From contig NC_081355.1 of NCBI RefSeq assembly GCF_030684315.1, positions 129,947,178-130,011,177 of the forward strand: DNA of 64,000 nt, in the 5' to 3' direction. The stretch comes from Stegostoma tigrinum. Taxonomy: Eukaryota. The notes under the pieces were generated by a model, which saw only the letters and a program-made list of their open reading frames with translations, did not search any database and was not told where the DNA came from. How positions within the stretch are numbered: the stretch's first letter is position 1; each line of letters opens with the position of its first letter. The translations under genes were made by a program, and so were the position numbers. Shown in pieces: positions 26,750 through 39,725 of this stretch.

Positions 26750-27600
26750 GTCCACTTGTAAGCCTGTCAAGACCTCCAATTCCTCCTCAGTCCCTGTATC
26801 AATCTGCTCAAGAAACTCTCAGTCCATCTTCCTGAAATCTGTACCTAAGTTCTCCTTTTCCTGAGTGAAGACAGATGTGAAGAATACTCTACCAATATCC
26901 TCTGGTTCCACACACCAATTTCCCTTTGGTCCCAAATGGTCCCTACTCTTACTGTCTTCATTCTCTTGCCCTTAACATACTCATAGAATATCTTGGGATG
27001 CTCCCTTATCTTCCCATTTTTTCCTGCCACCTCTTTACCCTAATTACTTTCTGAAATTCCTCCCTGACATTTAATATTCCAGTCAGGCCTTTGTTCCCCT
27101 TGTACCTATAATATGGCTCTCTTTTTGATATCCTTTTTATCAGAGGTATCCTAGGTACTTAGAGCTTGTTGCTTCTACATTTCACCCTAAAGGGAACATG
27201 TTGGGCATAAGCTTTACCCCAGTCCCTTGTTGAAGGCTTCACTATAGATTTACCTTGAAACACTGTTCCCAGTCAACTTGGGTCAGATCTTGCTGTATTT
27301 TCATAAAATCGTCCTTCCCTCAATCCAAAGCCCTTTTTGTCAGACCATCATTTTCCTTTTCCATAACAAACCTAAAACCTGTAATGTTGCACTGCTTTCA
27401 CTACAATGCTCCCCACTACCACTTCAAACACCTGTCTGGCTTCATTCCCCAGAATTAGGCTCAGAACTACACTATCCTTAGTTGGACCATTTATATGTTG
27501 ATATGAAAAGCTCTCCTCAATACACTTCAAAAAGTCTCACCTCTTGAAAGCCTTTATACAATGTTTATCTCAATTAATGCTGAATCCCCTAATGTAATTA
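26750..27600 (-). mobile_element. Old CR1 fragment (endonuclease-RT linker)
   Basis: KIREHPKIFYEYVKGKRMKTVRVG (26845-27030); homologous to 223-1100. Confidence 0.75.
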
Positions 27601-27604
27601 CCCT

Positions 27605-28020
27605 GATAACAAGGTGTAAAGCTGGATGAACACAGCAGGCCAAGCAGCATCAGGGGTGCAGGAAGGCTGACGCTTTGGGACAAGACTTTTCATCAGAAAT
27701 GGGGGAGGGGAAGGGGCTTCTGAAATAAATAGGGAGAGAACGGGAGGCAGATCGAAGATGGATAGAGGAGAAGATAGGTGGAGAGGAGACAGCCATGTCA
27801 AAGAGACGGGGATGGAGCCTGTAAAGGTGAGTGTCAGTGGGTAGGTAGGGAGGAGATAGGTCAGTCCAGGGAGGACAGACAGGTCAAGGGGGCTGGATGA
27901 GGTTAGTAGGAAGGAAGTGGAGGTACGGCTTGAGGTGGGGAGGAGGGGTCGAGCTGGGCTGGTTTTGGGATGCGGTAGGGGAAGGGGAGATTTTGAAGCT
28001 TGTGAAATCCATATTGATCT
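27605..28020 (-). mobile_element. PLE 3'-terminal fragment
   Basis: INMDFTSFKISPSPTASQNQP end of the GIY-YIG ORF, pyrimidine-rich UTR, decayed hammerhead near 27665-27697. Confidence 0.85.
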
Positions 28021-28035
28021 CATTGGCCACCTCCA

Positions 28036-28845
28036 GCCGGATCATGATCAGATGGGCCAATGGACTGAGCAGTGGCAGATGGAGTTTAATTTGGATAATG
28101 AGGGGTGCTGCATTTTGGAAACACAAATCAAGGCAGGACTTTACACTTAATGGTAAGGTCCTGCGGGGTGTTGCGGAACAAAGAGACCTTGGAGTGCAGG
28201 TTCATAATTCCTTGAAAGTGGAGTCACAGGTCGACAAGATAGTGAAGGCAGCATTTGGTATGCTTTGCTTTATTGGTCATTGAGTATGGGAGTTGGGGGG
28301 GGTCATGTTGCTGCAGGACATTGTTTAGGTCACTTTTGGAATACTGTACAATTGTGATCTCCTGGCAATAGGAAGGATATTGCGAAACTGGAAAGGGTTC
28401 AGAAAAGATTTACAAGAATGTTGCCAGGGTTTGATCCACAGTGAGAGGCTCAGTAGTCTGGGGCTACTTTCCCTGAAGTATGGGAAGCTGAAGGGTGACC
28501 TTAGAGAGTTTTATAAAATCACAAGGAGCATGAACAGGTTGATTAGACGAGCTTTTTTCCCCCCTGGCATCATGGCGTCGAAAACTGGATTTACAAAGAG
28601 GCCTACAGGGCAACCTTTCCATGCAGAGGGTGGTGCATGTATGGAATGAGCTGCCAGAGAAAAGTGGAAGAGGCTGGTACAATTACCACACTTACAGACA
28701 TTTGGATGAGTATATGAATAAGAAAGGTTTAAAGGAATGTGCTGGCAAATGGGGCTAGAATTATTTAGGATATTTGGTCAGCATGGACGTGTTGGACCAA
28801 AGGGCCTGTTTCCATGTTGTACTTCTCTATGATTCTATGACTCTA
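28036..28845 (+). mobile_element. CR1 3' part
   Basis: DQMGQWTEQWQMEFN; EQRDLGVQVHNSLK; (CTATGA)n tail. Confidence 0.88.
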
Positions 28846-30162
28846 TCTGGCATAAGATTTTTTAAAAACATTTTTTCCCTGATGCCATAAACCTTGCACC
28901 CGCGTACTTCATATAGGCAATAGGCAGTACCAAACTCCTATCATCACTCTGCTCCTTACTTGCATCATTGTTCCTTACCTTGTCCTCTTCCGTTATATTT
29001 CAAGTTCTCTTGTTCAAGTTAACTTATTTAAGTTTCTTAGATTATAATTTTGAGAACTTTATTAGTTTATTTGGACCCAATCCTGTTAATGTCATTCATG
29101 CCAATTTTCCCAAACCAACTACTGAAATGTACATTTGAAGAGGGAGCTGAAAACCAGAAATCACCAGTGTGCTTAACATACTAGAGCTCAATTCAGAAAA
29201 CGGACCGTTCAATTGTAAAACAATGCAAACTCTGCATTCCTTGAGGATAACTAACATCAAGTAACTAGGCATAGTGCAACTTCCAATATTGCCTTATTCA
29301 AACCAAAAGTCACAGAACTATTGCATCTTCAGCAAACAGCAACTGCAGCACTTAATACTGAGCATCTGAACATTGTTGGGGGCAAGCGAGTCCTTGGCTG
29401 GCTTATACTAACCATCAAACCATTGGATCTTACAGTGCCTAAGAAACTGAGTAATTTTGTGTGAAAGGTTTTGATTATTATTGTCGGATGTGCAAAGAAT
29501 TCTTTTCTAACTTGTTCAAAATATGCCAGGCAAGGCATTCCTCCAACCAGAGCAAGACCTCTAAAATGCAAAAAGCAGCACACCTCCATTCTACACAACA
29601 GCAAAAAAATTAGAGCTTCAAGTCACTTCAGTGCCAATTCTTCTCCCAGCTAGAACTGAAGTCTTCACACATCAGAAGAACATTTCAGTTGCTCAATGAT
29701 GAGAGACTGAGTTCACCACCTGGTGCTCGCATCAGATGATGTCAGATCTCCTAATGAAGCGTTAAGTTTACTGAATGAGTCTTCGGCTTATATAAAAAAA
29801 TTAAGTGGAAACAAACTGCAATCTACTTGAGGGGCCAAAGAACTCAGATGTGGATCTAAATTCAAACATCAAAGATTTGAGTAAGAAGAGAAACTGAGTT
29901 TCCTTCAGTGGCAAGGAGAACAGGCAGCTGGTTAGGATAGCAGAGGTGGAACAAAAATCAAACTGCAATTTCATAGAATGGCCATAACTTGATTGGTGGT
30001 TGTGTACTGCAGCCTTGTTTCCCATTTTCCAAAGTTACTGCTTAGGCTAAGCAGCTGGGAACCTCAATGTTTTTGATGCTAAGGGTTTGATCAAACATTT
30101 CAATTAGCCTATTTAAAAGACAGAGGATAAGGAAAGGTCAGTTCCTTATTGACACAACTTAC

Positions 30163-30226
30163 CATTACTGTTGTTATAGTGCTTCTCGACAATATTAACA
30201 CATCACAGCATAATTCACAAGCTTCA
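30163..30226 (-). other. Candidate 64-nt exon (unverified)
   Basis: ttgcctttgttgcag|TGAAG...GTAATG|gtaagt, near-consensus splice sites; one open frame EACELCCDVLILSRSTITTVM. Confidence 0.25.
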
Positions 30227-31049
30227 CTGCAACAAAGGCAATTTGCAAGTATCATTAAAACAAAAGTTATCCAAAAAAAGAAAAATTGGTCATGAGAGTT
30301 AGGAAAAGTAACTTAAATATTCGTCACGCGCCCAAACACAAGTTGATGCATATTAAAACCCGAGACAACAATCACTCTGCATATATACAATGTAGTGTCT
30401 GAAATTTGAGGTAATGGAAATCACACAAGCTTTTCTTTAAGTTTTTTACAACACTGGAACTCTTAATTTTGTCTTCTTGCATTATACCAGTAATCCTATT
30501 TTGTTATACTATATTGCACAGAAACCAAAACAAGCCAATCACTAATTATGTGTACATGTGTATAATTGTAAGAGTTGTAAGATGTTGAATATAATCAGTT
30601 AAAAGTCCTGAAATTGGCTTGCAGATCACAAACAGATGCAGATGAGAAATTAAAGCTGAGAAAAGACCTTTTAGCTCATGGATGCTTGATCCAGAGTCTC
30701 ATTTTGCAAGTTTCAGCTTCATTTGAATTTTCTTCATGCTACTGCCTCTACAACACGAGCAAGAATAATGCAATTCATTTGAACAGAACAGATCAAGCCA
30801 GCACTATCTTGGAGCTGTTACTGCTCTATTGGACAGTTCAAACATCACTGTCTTGCTGGGTGTGTAAATTGGGTTGCTCAGAGAATCTCATCTCAGCAGT
30901 GCAATGAACAAGTTATACTGTACGATTCCCAATACCAAGGCTGAATTCATGCTGAAATGTCAGTCAATCCAACAGTGTGGATACACATGGGTGAAGGCCA
31001 CAGAAATGTAATTACACAGATACTGTGCTGTGTCCCCTTCCAATCTTCT

Positions 31050-31400
31050 TCTGCCATGGAGATAGAAAGCTGTGGGCCCAAGTCTCAAAGTTTTGGGCAC
31101 ATAATCTGGGCAGGCAGTACAATGTGCTATTTAAGGAGTGCTGTACTAACAGTGGGTCTGTCTCCTATTTGGGCCATTAAACTTCATCGATCTTGTCAGG
31201 TCTCATCATCCTATTTTTAAGATGAACAGTGGGAGTTATCTATAAACCACCATCGCTGAACATTGATTATCTGTCTATTATCACACCACTGCTTTTGGGC
31301 CCACATTGTACACAAATTAGCTGCCAACCAATGTGTCCATTTCAACAGTGACTATTTTTCAGAAGGCTGTAAAATGCTTTGGTCCATCCAGAGATCCCTC
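31050..31400 (+). mobile_element. Deu-domain SINE (SacSINE1-like)
   Basis: GATGAACAGTGGGAGTT...CACAAATTAGCTGCC...CAACAGTGACTA...GGCTGTAAAATGCTTTGG. Confidence 0.55.
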
Positions 31401-31718
31401 CTGAAAAATCCAACAATGATAGGTTGGAGACCCGATGAGTCCTGTGCAGAGAGGCCTTCCAAATTGAAACTGAGAAATTTAGATAGTAACTGCAGCAATT
31501 GTTGCAACTTTGCCTCACGCTAACCAGGAGCTGGAAGGAGAAGAAAACAGAACAAAACTGAAGGGGGATGTTCAGGCTAACAAAGAAGTTACACTAATTT
31601 GGATAATCTTAAGTATAATGCAGATATGTGCAACAATCTGCTGCAGAAGAGTGGCTAAATAGATTAGGCCAATAAGACCAAGGCAGGAATAAGTGACAAT
31701 AGTTTGAAATGCTGACAG

Positions 31719-32138
31719 TGTTATGATCCCAGCTGGTATTACTACCAAACTGCAAAGGGAAACCTAGCTTAATAGATCCTACTACGCTTCGTTTTCAACC
31801 ACAGAAATCGGTTACCTTACATATTTGCAAGGGATGACACAAAAGGCACTTGTAACACAAATCATAAAGTGTTCATTAAACAATAAAAACAAACAATATT
31901 ACACAGGACAAAATGAAAGGTTGGAAAGATCTTGTTGCAGACATCAAACAATAGATACAAATTCACACAAGCTTTATTCCTTTAACCCCAACATATCCAT
32001 ACAAACACCCAAACCAGAAAAAGTTTATGCTTACTTTCACATTGGTCCAGCTAAAACCAGTACCCTTGCATCTAATTTCTGTGTAGGCACTAGATTCTTA
32101 TCCCTTCATCTGGTGGCTGTCTCTCTCCGTGCATAACA
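31719..32138. mobile_element. Possible solo LTR
   Basis: Ends TGTTATG...CATAACA (7-bp inverted termini, TG...CA), 420 bp; no matching TSD seen. Confidence 0.3.
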
Positions 32139-32364
32139 CCTCAAACAAACCATAAACTGAACTCACGATTACTTTTAACTTCAGAACAAATACATGCATT
32201 TCATCTGCCTCATTGCTTGATACACAGATTGATTGTCTTTTTCTGGGTTATTCTGATTTGCTGTGTGGCAATGGATCCCAATGATAGACAACAGTGTTCT
32301 TTGTGTCTCTATTTTTTGAATGCACAAAACTTCTCATTAAAACACATTGAAACAAATCAGATGT

Positions 32365-32475
32365 CCCAAGGAAGGTTTCACGACCCAAAATGTTAACTCT
32401 GATTTTTCTCCACAGATGCTGCAAGATGTGTGGAGCTTTTCCAGCAATTTCTGTTTTTGTTTCAAATCTCCAGGT
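32365..32475 (+). mobile_element. PLE mini-element (second family), decayed hammerhead
   Basis: GAAGGTTTCACGACCCAAAATGTTAACT...ACAGATGCTGC...AGCTTTTCCAGCAATTTCTG. Confidence 0.65.
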
Positions 32476-32756
32476 CTCCCCAGTACTAAAGTGACTAATC
32501 ATGCCTTAACACACCCAAGTACAAATTCAATTTGAAGTTCAACATTGCCCTCAACAATAACTTGGGTTTTTTGCCAACCCCTACCTCCTCCCCATGACAG
32601 TTTAGTAAGAATTTCTTCTTCCTAAGTGTCAAGTGTTTGAGGCTGAAAAGTGAGATCACAGAATCTCTAAAATTTGGTATACTCACTCAGAAAGCTGAAT
32701 GTGACAACAGGGGAGCTAAATTACAACAGCAATAGTTTGTTCCTGTTATTGAGACT

Positions 32757-32918
32757 GACACAGTGGCTGAGTAGTTAGCATTGCTGCCTCACAGCACCAG
32801 GGTCCAGAGTTTGATTCAACCCTTGGGTAACTGTGTGGAATTTGCACTCTTCAGTGGGTCAATATAGATTCAATAGGCTGAACAGCCTGCTTTCAAATGG
32901 CAAGAATTTTATGATTCT
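32757..32918 (+). mobile_element. HE1-like SINE, internally deleted
   Basis: CAGTGGCTGAGTAGTTAGCATTGCTGCCTCACAGC head; TGTGGAATTTGCAC; CR1-like tail. Confidence 0.7.
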
Positions 32919-32946
32919 CTGACTGAACTTAAGACTTTATCCTTCA

Positions 32947-33035
32947 GTCCTGAAGGAGGGTAATACCCAAAACATTGACTGCTCTTTTCCTTCAGATGCT
33001 GCCTGGCTTGCTGTATTCTTCCATAATTTGTCTAC
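32947..33035 (+). mobile_element. PLE mini-element (third variant), decayed hammerhead
   Basis: gtc-CTGAAGG-A-GGGTAATACCC-AAAA-CA-TT-gac; stem I gtc/gac, stem II GGGT/ACCC. Confidence 0.65.
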
Positions 33036-36000
33036 TATGAGACTTGTTCTACCATTCAATAGAATTTTTATTTTCACCCCATTTCAGCCTTAAAATATTA
33101 AGAATTAATGGCCTTCAGAATTAGACTGAAGAGTCTGTGAGGAGACTAGCCTGAAGCACAGACACTGGCAGAGACCTGATTGACCAAAGGTCCCATATTC
33201 CTGTGCTTTACAACATCTTAAATTATCCAATACTTATCAGATAACACACTACAAAGCTTTCACTAACACAAAACAGCTCTTTAACAGATGTTACAAACAC
33301 ATGGATACCTTGTTAAATCCCTCCTTATGGGAAATATTATTCATTCTCCAACTGCCTACAAATAATAATTTATCCTGCAAGATGTTCTGAACACCTACTT
33401 GAACAGGAACCCATGTTGACAATAAAGTTACAATAATATGATTTACCAGTGTTAGAAATTCTACTCCCTCATACACAAAGAACTGCAGTTTCACTGTAAC
33501 GCAGTAAAGCAATTGCCAGCCACACAATGATGCAAGTCTTTTTTTACTATCTTGGACATCCTTTTTCCAGTGTGCTGACAGGCATGAATAAGCTAAGCTC
33601 TCATAACATGGTTCGACTGGGAGACACCAGCATGCTCCCCTATTCAGGGAGATTTTACATTGATAGCCACGTGTCTGCAATCAGTAAGGTTATAAACCTT
33701 CAGTGAGCACCAGTGGCAGGTGCGAGCCATCAATGACTGACATCACGTGTCAGTAAACATTACTGACAAGCTTCTTCTCACCAAAAGTCACGGGAAGAGT
33801 CAACAGGCCAGCACTTGTGGTGATTAGACCTCACAACAGGAGTCCTGTTGGCTGCAATCTTCAGACTATGAGGCACTGCAGCTTTGACCCACTTCAGTGG
33901 GGTAGATTGGCAACTCAAACTGATATTTGATCAGCCCGAAAAGTGAGTTGAAAAGGAAAGATAACAAGCTGTTTCATTTATAAGTTATTTAATAAAGCTG
34001 TTCAATTAACCGTAATGAGATTACACATAGAGATTTAATACTCTTGCATAGTGCACTAATTTCCTACTCGATTTGAACTTGCATAAGATTACAGCATTGG
34101 TGGTGTAGTCAGATATCAGACATCCTGTAACTGATCTGTCCATTTCAAACTGAAGGCTTTTTATACTTCTGAACAGCTCTCAGCTCATTCAGAGAGTGAA
34201 CTGACTTTTAATAGATTCAAACTAAATTAATTCCAAATTAAATTGAATTTGTATGCAAATATTAACACACTTTAGTTATATTTTCAAACTATCGTTCAAA
34301 TTTTATAACGATCAGTATTTGTAACAGATTGCAAAGTCACCATCTTCTATTCTGAAGCTCCTTACATATAATGAATTAAATTATGCCACTGTTGTAACAT
34401 CCAAGAAATGGCTCTCTGGTGTACGAAGTAAATACTTAACCTGCTTCAACAATAAAGACACAGACCTTGATTAACATAACACAAAAAGGTTGTACTTCTG
34501 CTCCATTCAATTTGTATTTGCTGGATTTCCCTGAATCTCAATGGATGGAAGTTTAAGACACAGGGACATTCTTCTCTTTGTCAGATAAATTTTAAAACAC
34601 CTCACACTCCCAAGATTTGCAAGTCATGTCAGTTTTAGATAAAACCAAAACAAAATTTAAACTCACTCAATTAGGATTGCGTTGACTCTAGTGGTCTATT
34701 ATAAAGCCTAGACCTTCGGTGATTTGCTGAGTTAATGTATATTTTGAATCTCCTAATGTTTTGATAGTTCTACCTCAACTAGATCCAATATTTAAGTAAA
34801 AACGTCCAGAGACACGGGTGTTAAATTACCTTTCTGACCAAGTTTGTGTGTTACACACTGAATCACCCCCTTGGTCAGTTCATCAATTACTAGGCTAGTT
34901 TCAGAATATGCAATTCATAATTTTTCAAATTTCCCAATTCTAACCCTGCCAAATCACTTAACTGCTTGCTGCTCCCACCCACCCCCTGCAAAACTGCTTT
35001 GGAATCGGTATAATGTAAACCAATGGAGAATCAAGGTCTACAACTAAAAAGCATTGTTTTCCTGTGTTAAGTTATGCATTTCAAGAAGCTTGTTTCTTAG
35101 AAGATCAGATTCACAAATTCCAAAAATGATGTTTTCAGGCACAATGCACTATAATAGTTGGGACCACTGAAGTTCTGATAGACTGTCTTCCACTTTCAGA
35201 AAATTGGGCCATCCAATGGCACAAAATACAGGCACAGCGAAATCTTCAAGAGCGGTGTGAAAACAAAACAAACAGACCAAGCCATCGTGTCTGAATTAAC
35301 TGGTTCTGTTATGTTAGGAAATGCCACAAATCAATAAAAGTCACCAGCAATTAAGTTCCACAGTGTAACTAAAGAGTTAGAGATCAGAAAATACAAAAGA
35401 GATTGATAACTCGCACAGTGAATGCAATGTTTTGCTAAGATAGGAACATGCAATGCTGCCAGCAATTTTGTTCTGTCATCTTCCATTGTGACAGGTGTAC
35501 AGAATAGTCTGACTTCAGTCTTATGAATACATATGAAGCCTACGGGAATGTGCTCTTTGTGAAGGCTGGACATTATTAGAAACATATTTTGATATAATAA
35601 TAGAGTATATTAAATCTCTTTCTATTCATGCCACACAGCGATTAAGTCAATGTGGCAGGTAGGTTTGCTACTCTCAGGCTGCTGAAGCCCATTCAGACCC
35701 CATGCTGGGAGACTGCAGAAGGGTTTTGCCTTGATACCAGTGCTCATCACAAATTGCATTCTTGGCAGATTTCTGATTTTGCTCTGGGACAGTGCTCATG
35801 TCTGCAAGTACTACTATTTAATTTTTTTTAAACAAAATAGTCAAGCAGTCACTATTGATGAAATCAAGATAGTACCATCTGATCAGCTGTTTTGAATTCT
35901 ACATAACTCTTCCAGATCATCCATGCACTCTTTCCCCTCTCTCTCTCTCTCGTTCCATAAGCATAATATTTCAAGTAGTATCTGAAAGCTGGTTCAAAAA

Positions 36001-36129
36001 ATACTTCTGCACGACAACAACACTTTCTAGTTCATTTTAAGAACAGAAATTTAATAATTCATGGCTATCTTAGCATCTTCTCACAGAGCCACCAGAAGCT
36101 CTGGAAATCTGTTTCAAAACTTACGCATT

Positions 36130-36960
36130 ATATTTGCAATTAACCCATGCCTATTCTCTGTTCTGCACCTCCGCCTGCTTTAGCATCTTTCCTACCTAAT
36201 TATAACATTGACAAGGCTAAAGTCTTGGTTACCCTGAGGTTCAAATGTTCCAATTCTGATCAAACTGACTACTTATCTTTAACCTCTGTAAACTCTTGCT
36301 CATCTTGAACTCTGTTGCCCTTGTCTTTGGAGTTGTTGGTTGGTTCACCGAACTGACTGATTTCCATGAAAACATTTGGTCAAAACATTTCCTCTCCCTT
36401 CTAGGTGACATCATCAGTGCTGCGTAGCCCCCACTGAAGCGCTGTTGTTCTGTCCCATTCTGAAGTTTATAGGGTCCAGTCTGTCATGGTGGGGAGTCGT
36501 GTTTCTGGTTTTCTACCGTAGTAGTATGTAGACAAGAGTATTTCAACATGTTTATTTATCGCATCAGCAGTTGAAAACCAGGCCTCCAGGAATTCTCATG
36601 CTTGTTTTTGCTTCGCTTGTCCCTAACACCGTAACTTTGTCCCAGTCAAATTGACGTCTTTCTATGTCAGAGTGTATTGAAATGAGGGAGAGTCGGTCAT
36701 GCCATTTTGCTGAGAGTTGGTGTTCATGTATCCTGGTGGCGGGTTTCCTGCCTGTCGGTCCTATGTAGTGTTTCTCGCAGTTGCTGCATTGTCTTTACTT
36801 CGACCCAGCCTTCTTACCCAGCACCTTATAATCAATACTCTACACAGACCTTTTACTTCACACAGCATTAAATTTAAAATTTCAATCCATTTGCTTCAAT
36901 CCTTCATGGCCACACTTCCTGCAACTCGTCACCTTTTCAATTTCCTTCAATACTGCAGCA
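36130..36960 (+). mobile_element. L2 LINE remnant interrupted by a PLE (36130-36325 + 36800-36960)
   Basis: Degraded L2 RT C-terminal sequence similar to 57700-57990 (AACTCTGTTGCCC; TTTAAAATT...TCCTTCATGGCC). Confidence 0.45.
36330..36795 (-). mobile_element. Distinct Penelope-like element fragment (GIY-YIG end plus hammerhead motif)
   Basis: Minus translation CNCEKHYIGPTGRKPATRIHEHQL...FDWDKVTVLG...EFLEAWFS...INKH; CTGATGA-T-GTCACC..-GAAA-TG-TT at 36383-36419. Confidence 0.8.
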
Positions 36961-37460
36961 CGGCACAGACTTGTGGGGTCAGAGGCGAACTTAGGTTCCC
37001 TGTGGCTGCTGCATCGACGAGACAGTCTGAGCGCTGACTCATGGCTGCTGTGGTGGAGGCGAGTTTGGGCTCCTCATGACACCTGCAGATTCGGGGGGTG
37101 GTGGTGGCGCAGGTGAATTTGGGCCCAGTACAAGTCTCTGTGGCATTGATACTGGTGAGGTCCGGTAAGGATCCACAGTGGTGACAACACTGGTGAAGGC
37201 AAGAGGATGCTGAAAAGTGCTACCTTTTGTTGCAGCAGCAGCAGTGCAGTGAAGTGGACTCATGGCTGGCCACTAGGCCCATGGCAGAGCACTGAACAAT
37301 AAGGACTGTAAAGTTTAACACTTTTTCTTTATTTTTCTGCTGCTATATTCTATGTTTTAGTTTATTTTTCCATGTTTTAAGATGGTGCAGGAGAGTGGCA
37401 ACACCGTACAACACTTTTCACTGAATTTTCTAACAAAATACAAGTGACAAAAAATAAACC
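36960..37460 (+). mobile_element. GC-rich SINE-like element with LINE-type 3' tail
   Basis: Ends ACACTTTTCACTG...GTGACAAAAAATAAA, resembling an L2/Rex-type 3' terminus; family not identified. Confidence 0.4.
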
Positions 37461-39725
37461 AGATCACTAAATTGTTATTGCTTTCAATATGGCTTCTTGC
37501 TCATTCTCCTTAACATTCCAACATTGTCCCATCATCATTTCAGCATCTTGGCAAATGATGCAAAAATCCCTCTCGAAACAGGGGAAACAAAAGTAATATA
37601 TGAGATTTAAAGAAACAAAAGCAAATGAAATAGATCTTAAGTGCAAAATGCTTTCAAGATAATATCAGAGCTTTAAAAGCAATCTGGAATATGTGCAACC
37701 AGCTGCTTGAAACCCAAGACGAAACCCAAATCTTCCACTTATAAAATGACTTTCTGATCAAAGACACACAAATGTCTCAATAACCAGCCCATATTCTGAG
37801 TACAAATTATTGTACCAGTGATAATGCCATAGAACAATTATGAAAAATAAGTCAATGAGGAGACACACCAGGGAGTTGCAATTAAACCAATTCCTGTCTA
37901 AATGTGAGGCCGAAATTAATAACTCAAGCATCTTCATGACCAATTTGTTAATTTCTCATTTAATAATCTGAAACCTCTTCAAGTTGTTGATTCTCTTCAA
38001 TGCAACAATTGAGATACTGGGGCAAATTAAACCTCCTCCCAACCTATTATTTTAAGCTCATATTCACAGTTAAGACAACATGGCAGAGAGTTATGGGACT
38101 GGACTTTATATGGGGCAGGGGACATACTCTTAAATAGATCAACTTTTTAAAAACCTACCCTGCCGTGACAGCATGATCATTCAGCAACATATTCATGTAA
38201 TCTTTCAAATCAAAACTTTGACTGGTCCTTACTGCAAATATCCCAACTTGTCTTGTTCACCATACGCAAAATGGCCACAAAAAAGTCAGACCAGGTGACA
38301 GCATTTGACATGCAAGAACAAAACTGGGTAAAACTTGAAAATTTGCTCCTACTGGATAAGCCACGTCTAAGCTTTTATTCCAGGTGGATTTGCATTTGTA
38401 AGTTACCTAAACATATTGCATTTTGTACGAATAACAGCATCTCCATTAAACCCATCACTACTCTAACAACAGGATCAATATTTACAAGATTAAATTTCCA
38501 ATAATTGGCAGTTGCACACTTGGTGTTTTGTTTCAGTATTGGATTCAAGGGAAGAACTTAAGAAACCACAGAACAATGCAAACATCGTTCAATATTACTT
38601 ACATAAGCCAGAAATACTTCATTTACCATGTACAAAGATTTGATTATCGTAACAAATATAAATACTAGATTTCCACATGTTTCTTAGTATCAAATGCAAC
38701 AAATAATCACTGTGGTCTTCCCTCTCTCCTCACTGAACATAGAATATGTGCAAAGGGAAGAAATACAGATGGTTCTGCATTTGAAATAACTATTTGAAAT
38801 AGGATCTTAAATCAAGGGACAAGTTCACTGTATTGTGTGTACAGTGCGACTGAAGGAGGTTCAAGACAGATTATCGGTCCCCTTCCTTGGCTAGGGAAGG
38901 TGCAGGAAAAAGGAGTTGACAAATACTATGTCCCAGGCCTTTAACAGTGAAATATATACCAATAGTATGACTAAAGAATAGGAGGGATTACATGCAGCTT
39001 AACTGGGTCCTCAGTACTTTTTTTTAAACCTTGTGCACCCTCTAGTGCAGTAATTTGCTCTTCACTACATTCACCTAGTAGACTACCTGGTACTGTTCAT
39101 ATACGGCAAACATCAGCAATGACTACATGCAGGTCTGCCATCTCCTCAGATTGTCTATTTTCACATTTGACATCATTCTCATTAAAAACAGTCTTTTTCA
39201 GTACGCTTGTAAGAAAACTCACAATTAATTCAAAATTTATGATTGTGAACATTTTGCTGATACATTCTATGATATTGAGGGTGCAGGCAGCGCTGTACCA
39301 ACAAAAAGTCAGATACTGGTTCTTGATGACAAGGTATCGGAGCACAAAATGAAGCTCCTTCACATACCCAGCCTTTGCTGCTATTACGAGCTACCCAATT
39401 AGCATCACTGACAGACTGTCTTCTCATCTAAAGATTCCCCCCACGATCCCCGCTTTTCTACTTTCCAGTATAAATAAAACTCTGGCTGAACCTTATTGTA
39501 AATATGTAGGCTTTACTGTCTCGATTCATGAGGAACATGGATATTAAGTCCACAGAGTTTGTACTCTGTGTCAATGACTAAGTTCACATGATCCTCAACT
39601 TAATCAGCAGTCCAAAAGAATAACTTCAACAAGCAATAATACTTACGAAGGACAATGTTCAGCCGGCATTTAGAGTACTCTCAACATAAAGACAGATAGT
39701 GATTTTTTTTTGTCTATAACTATTT

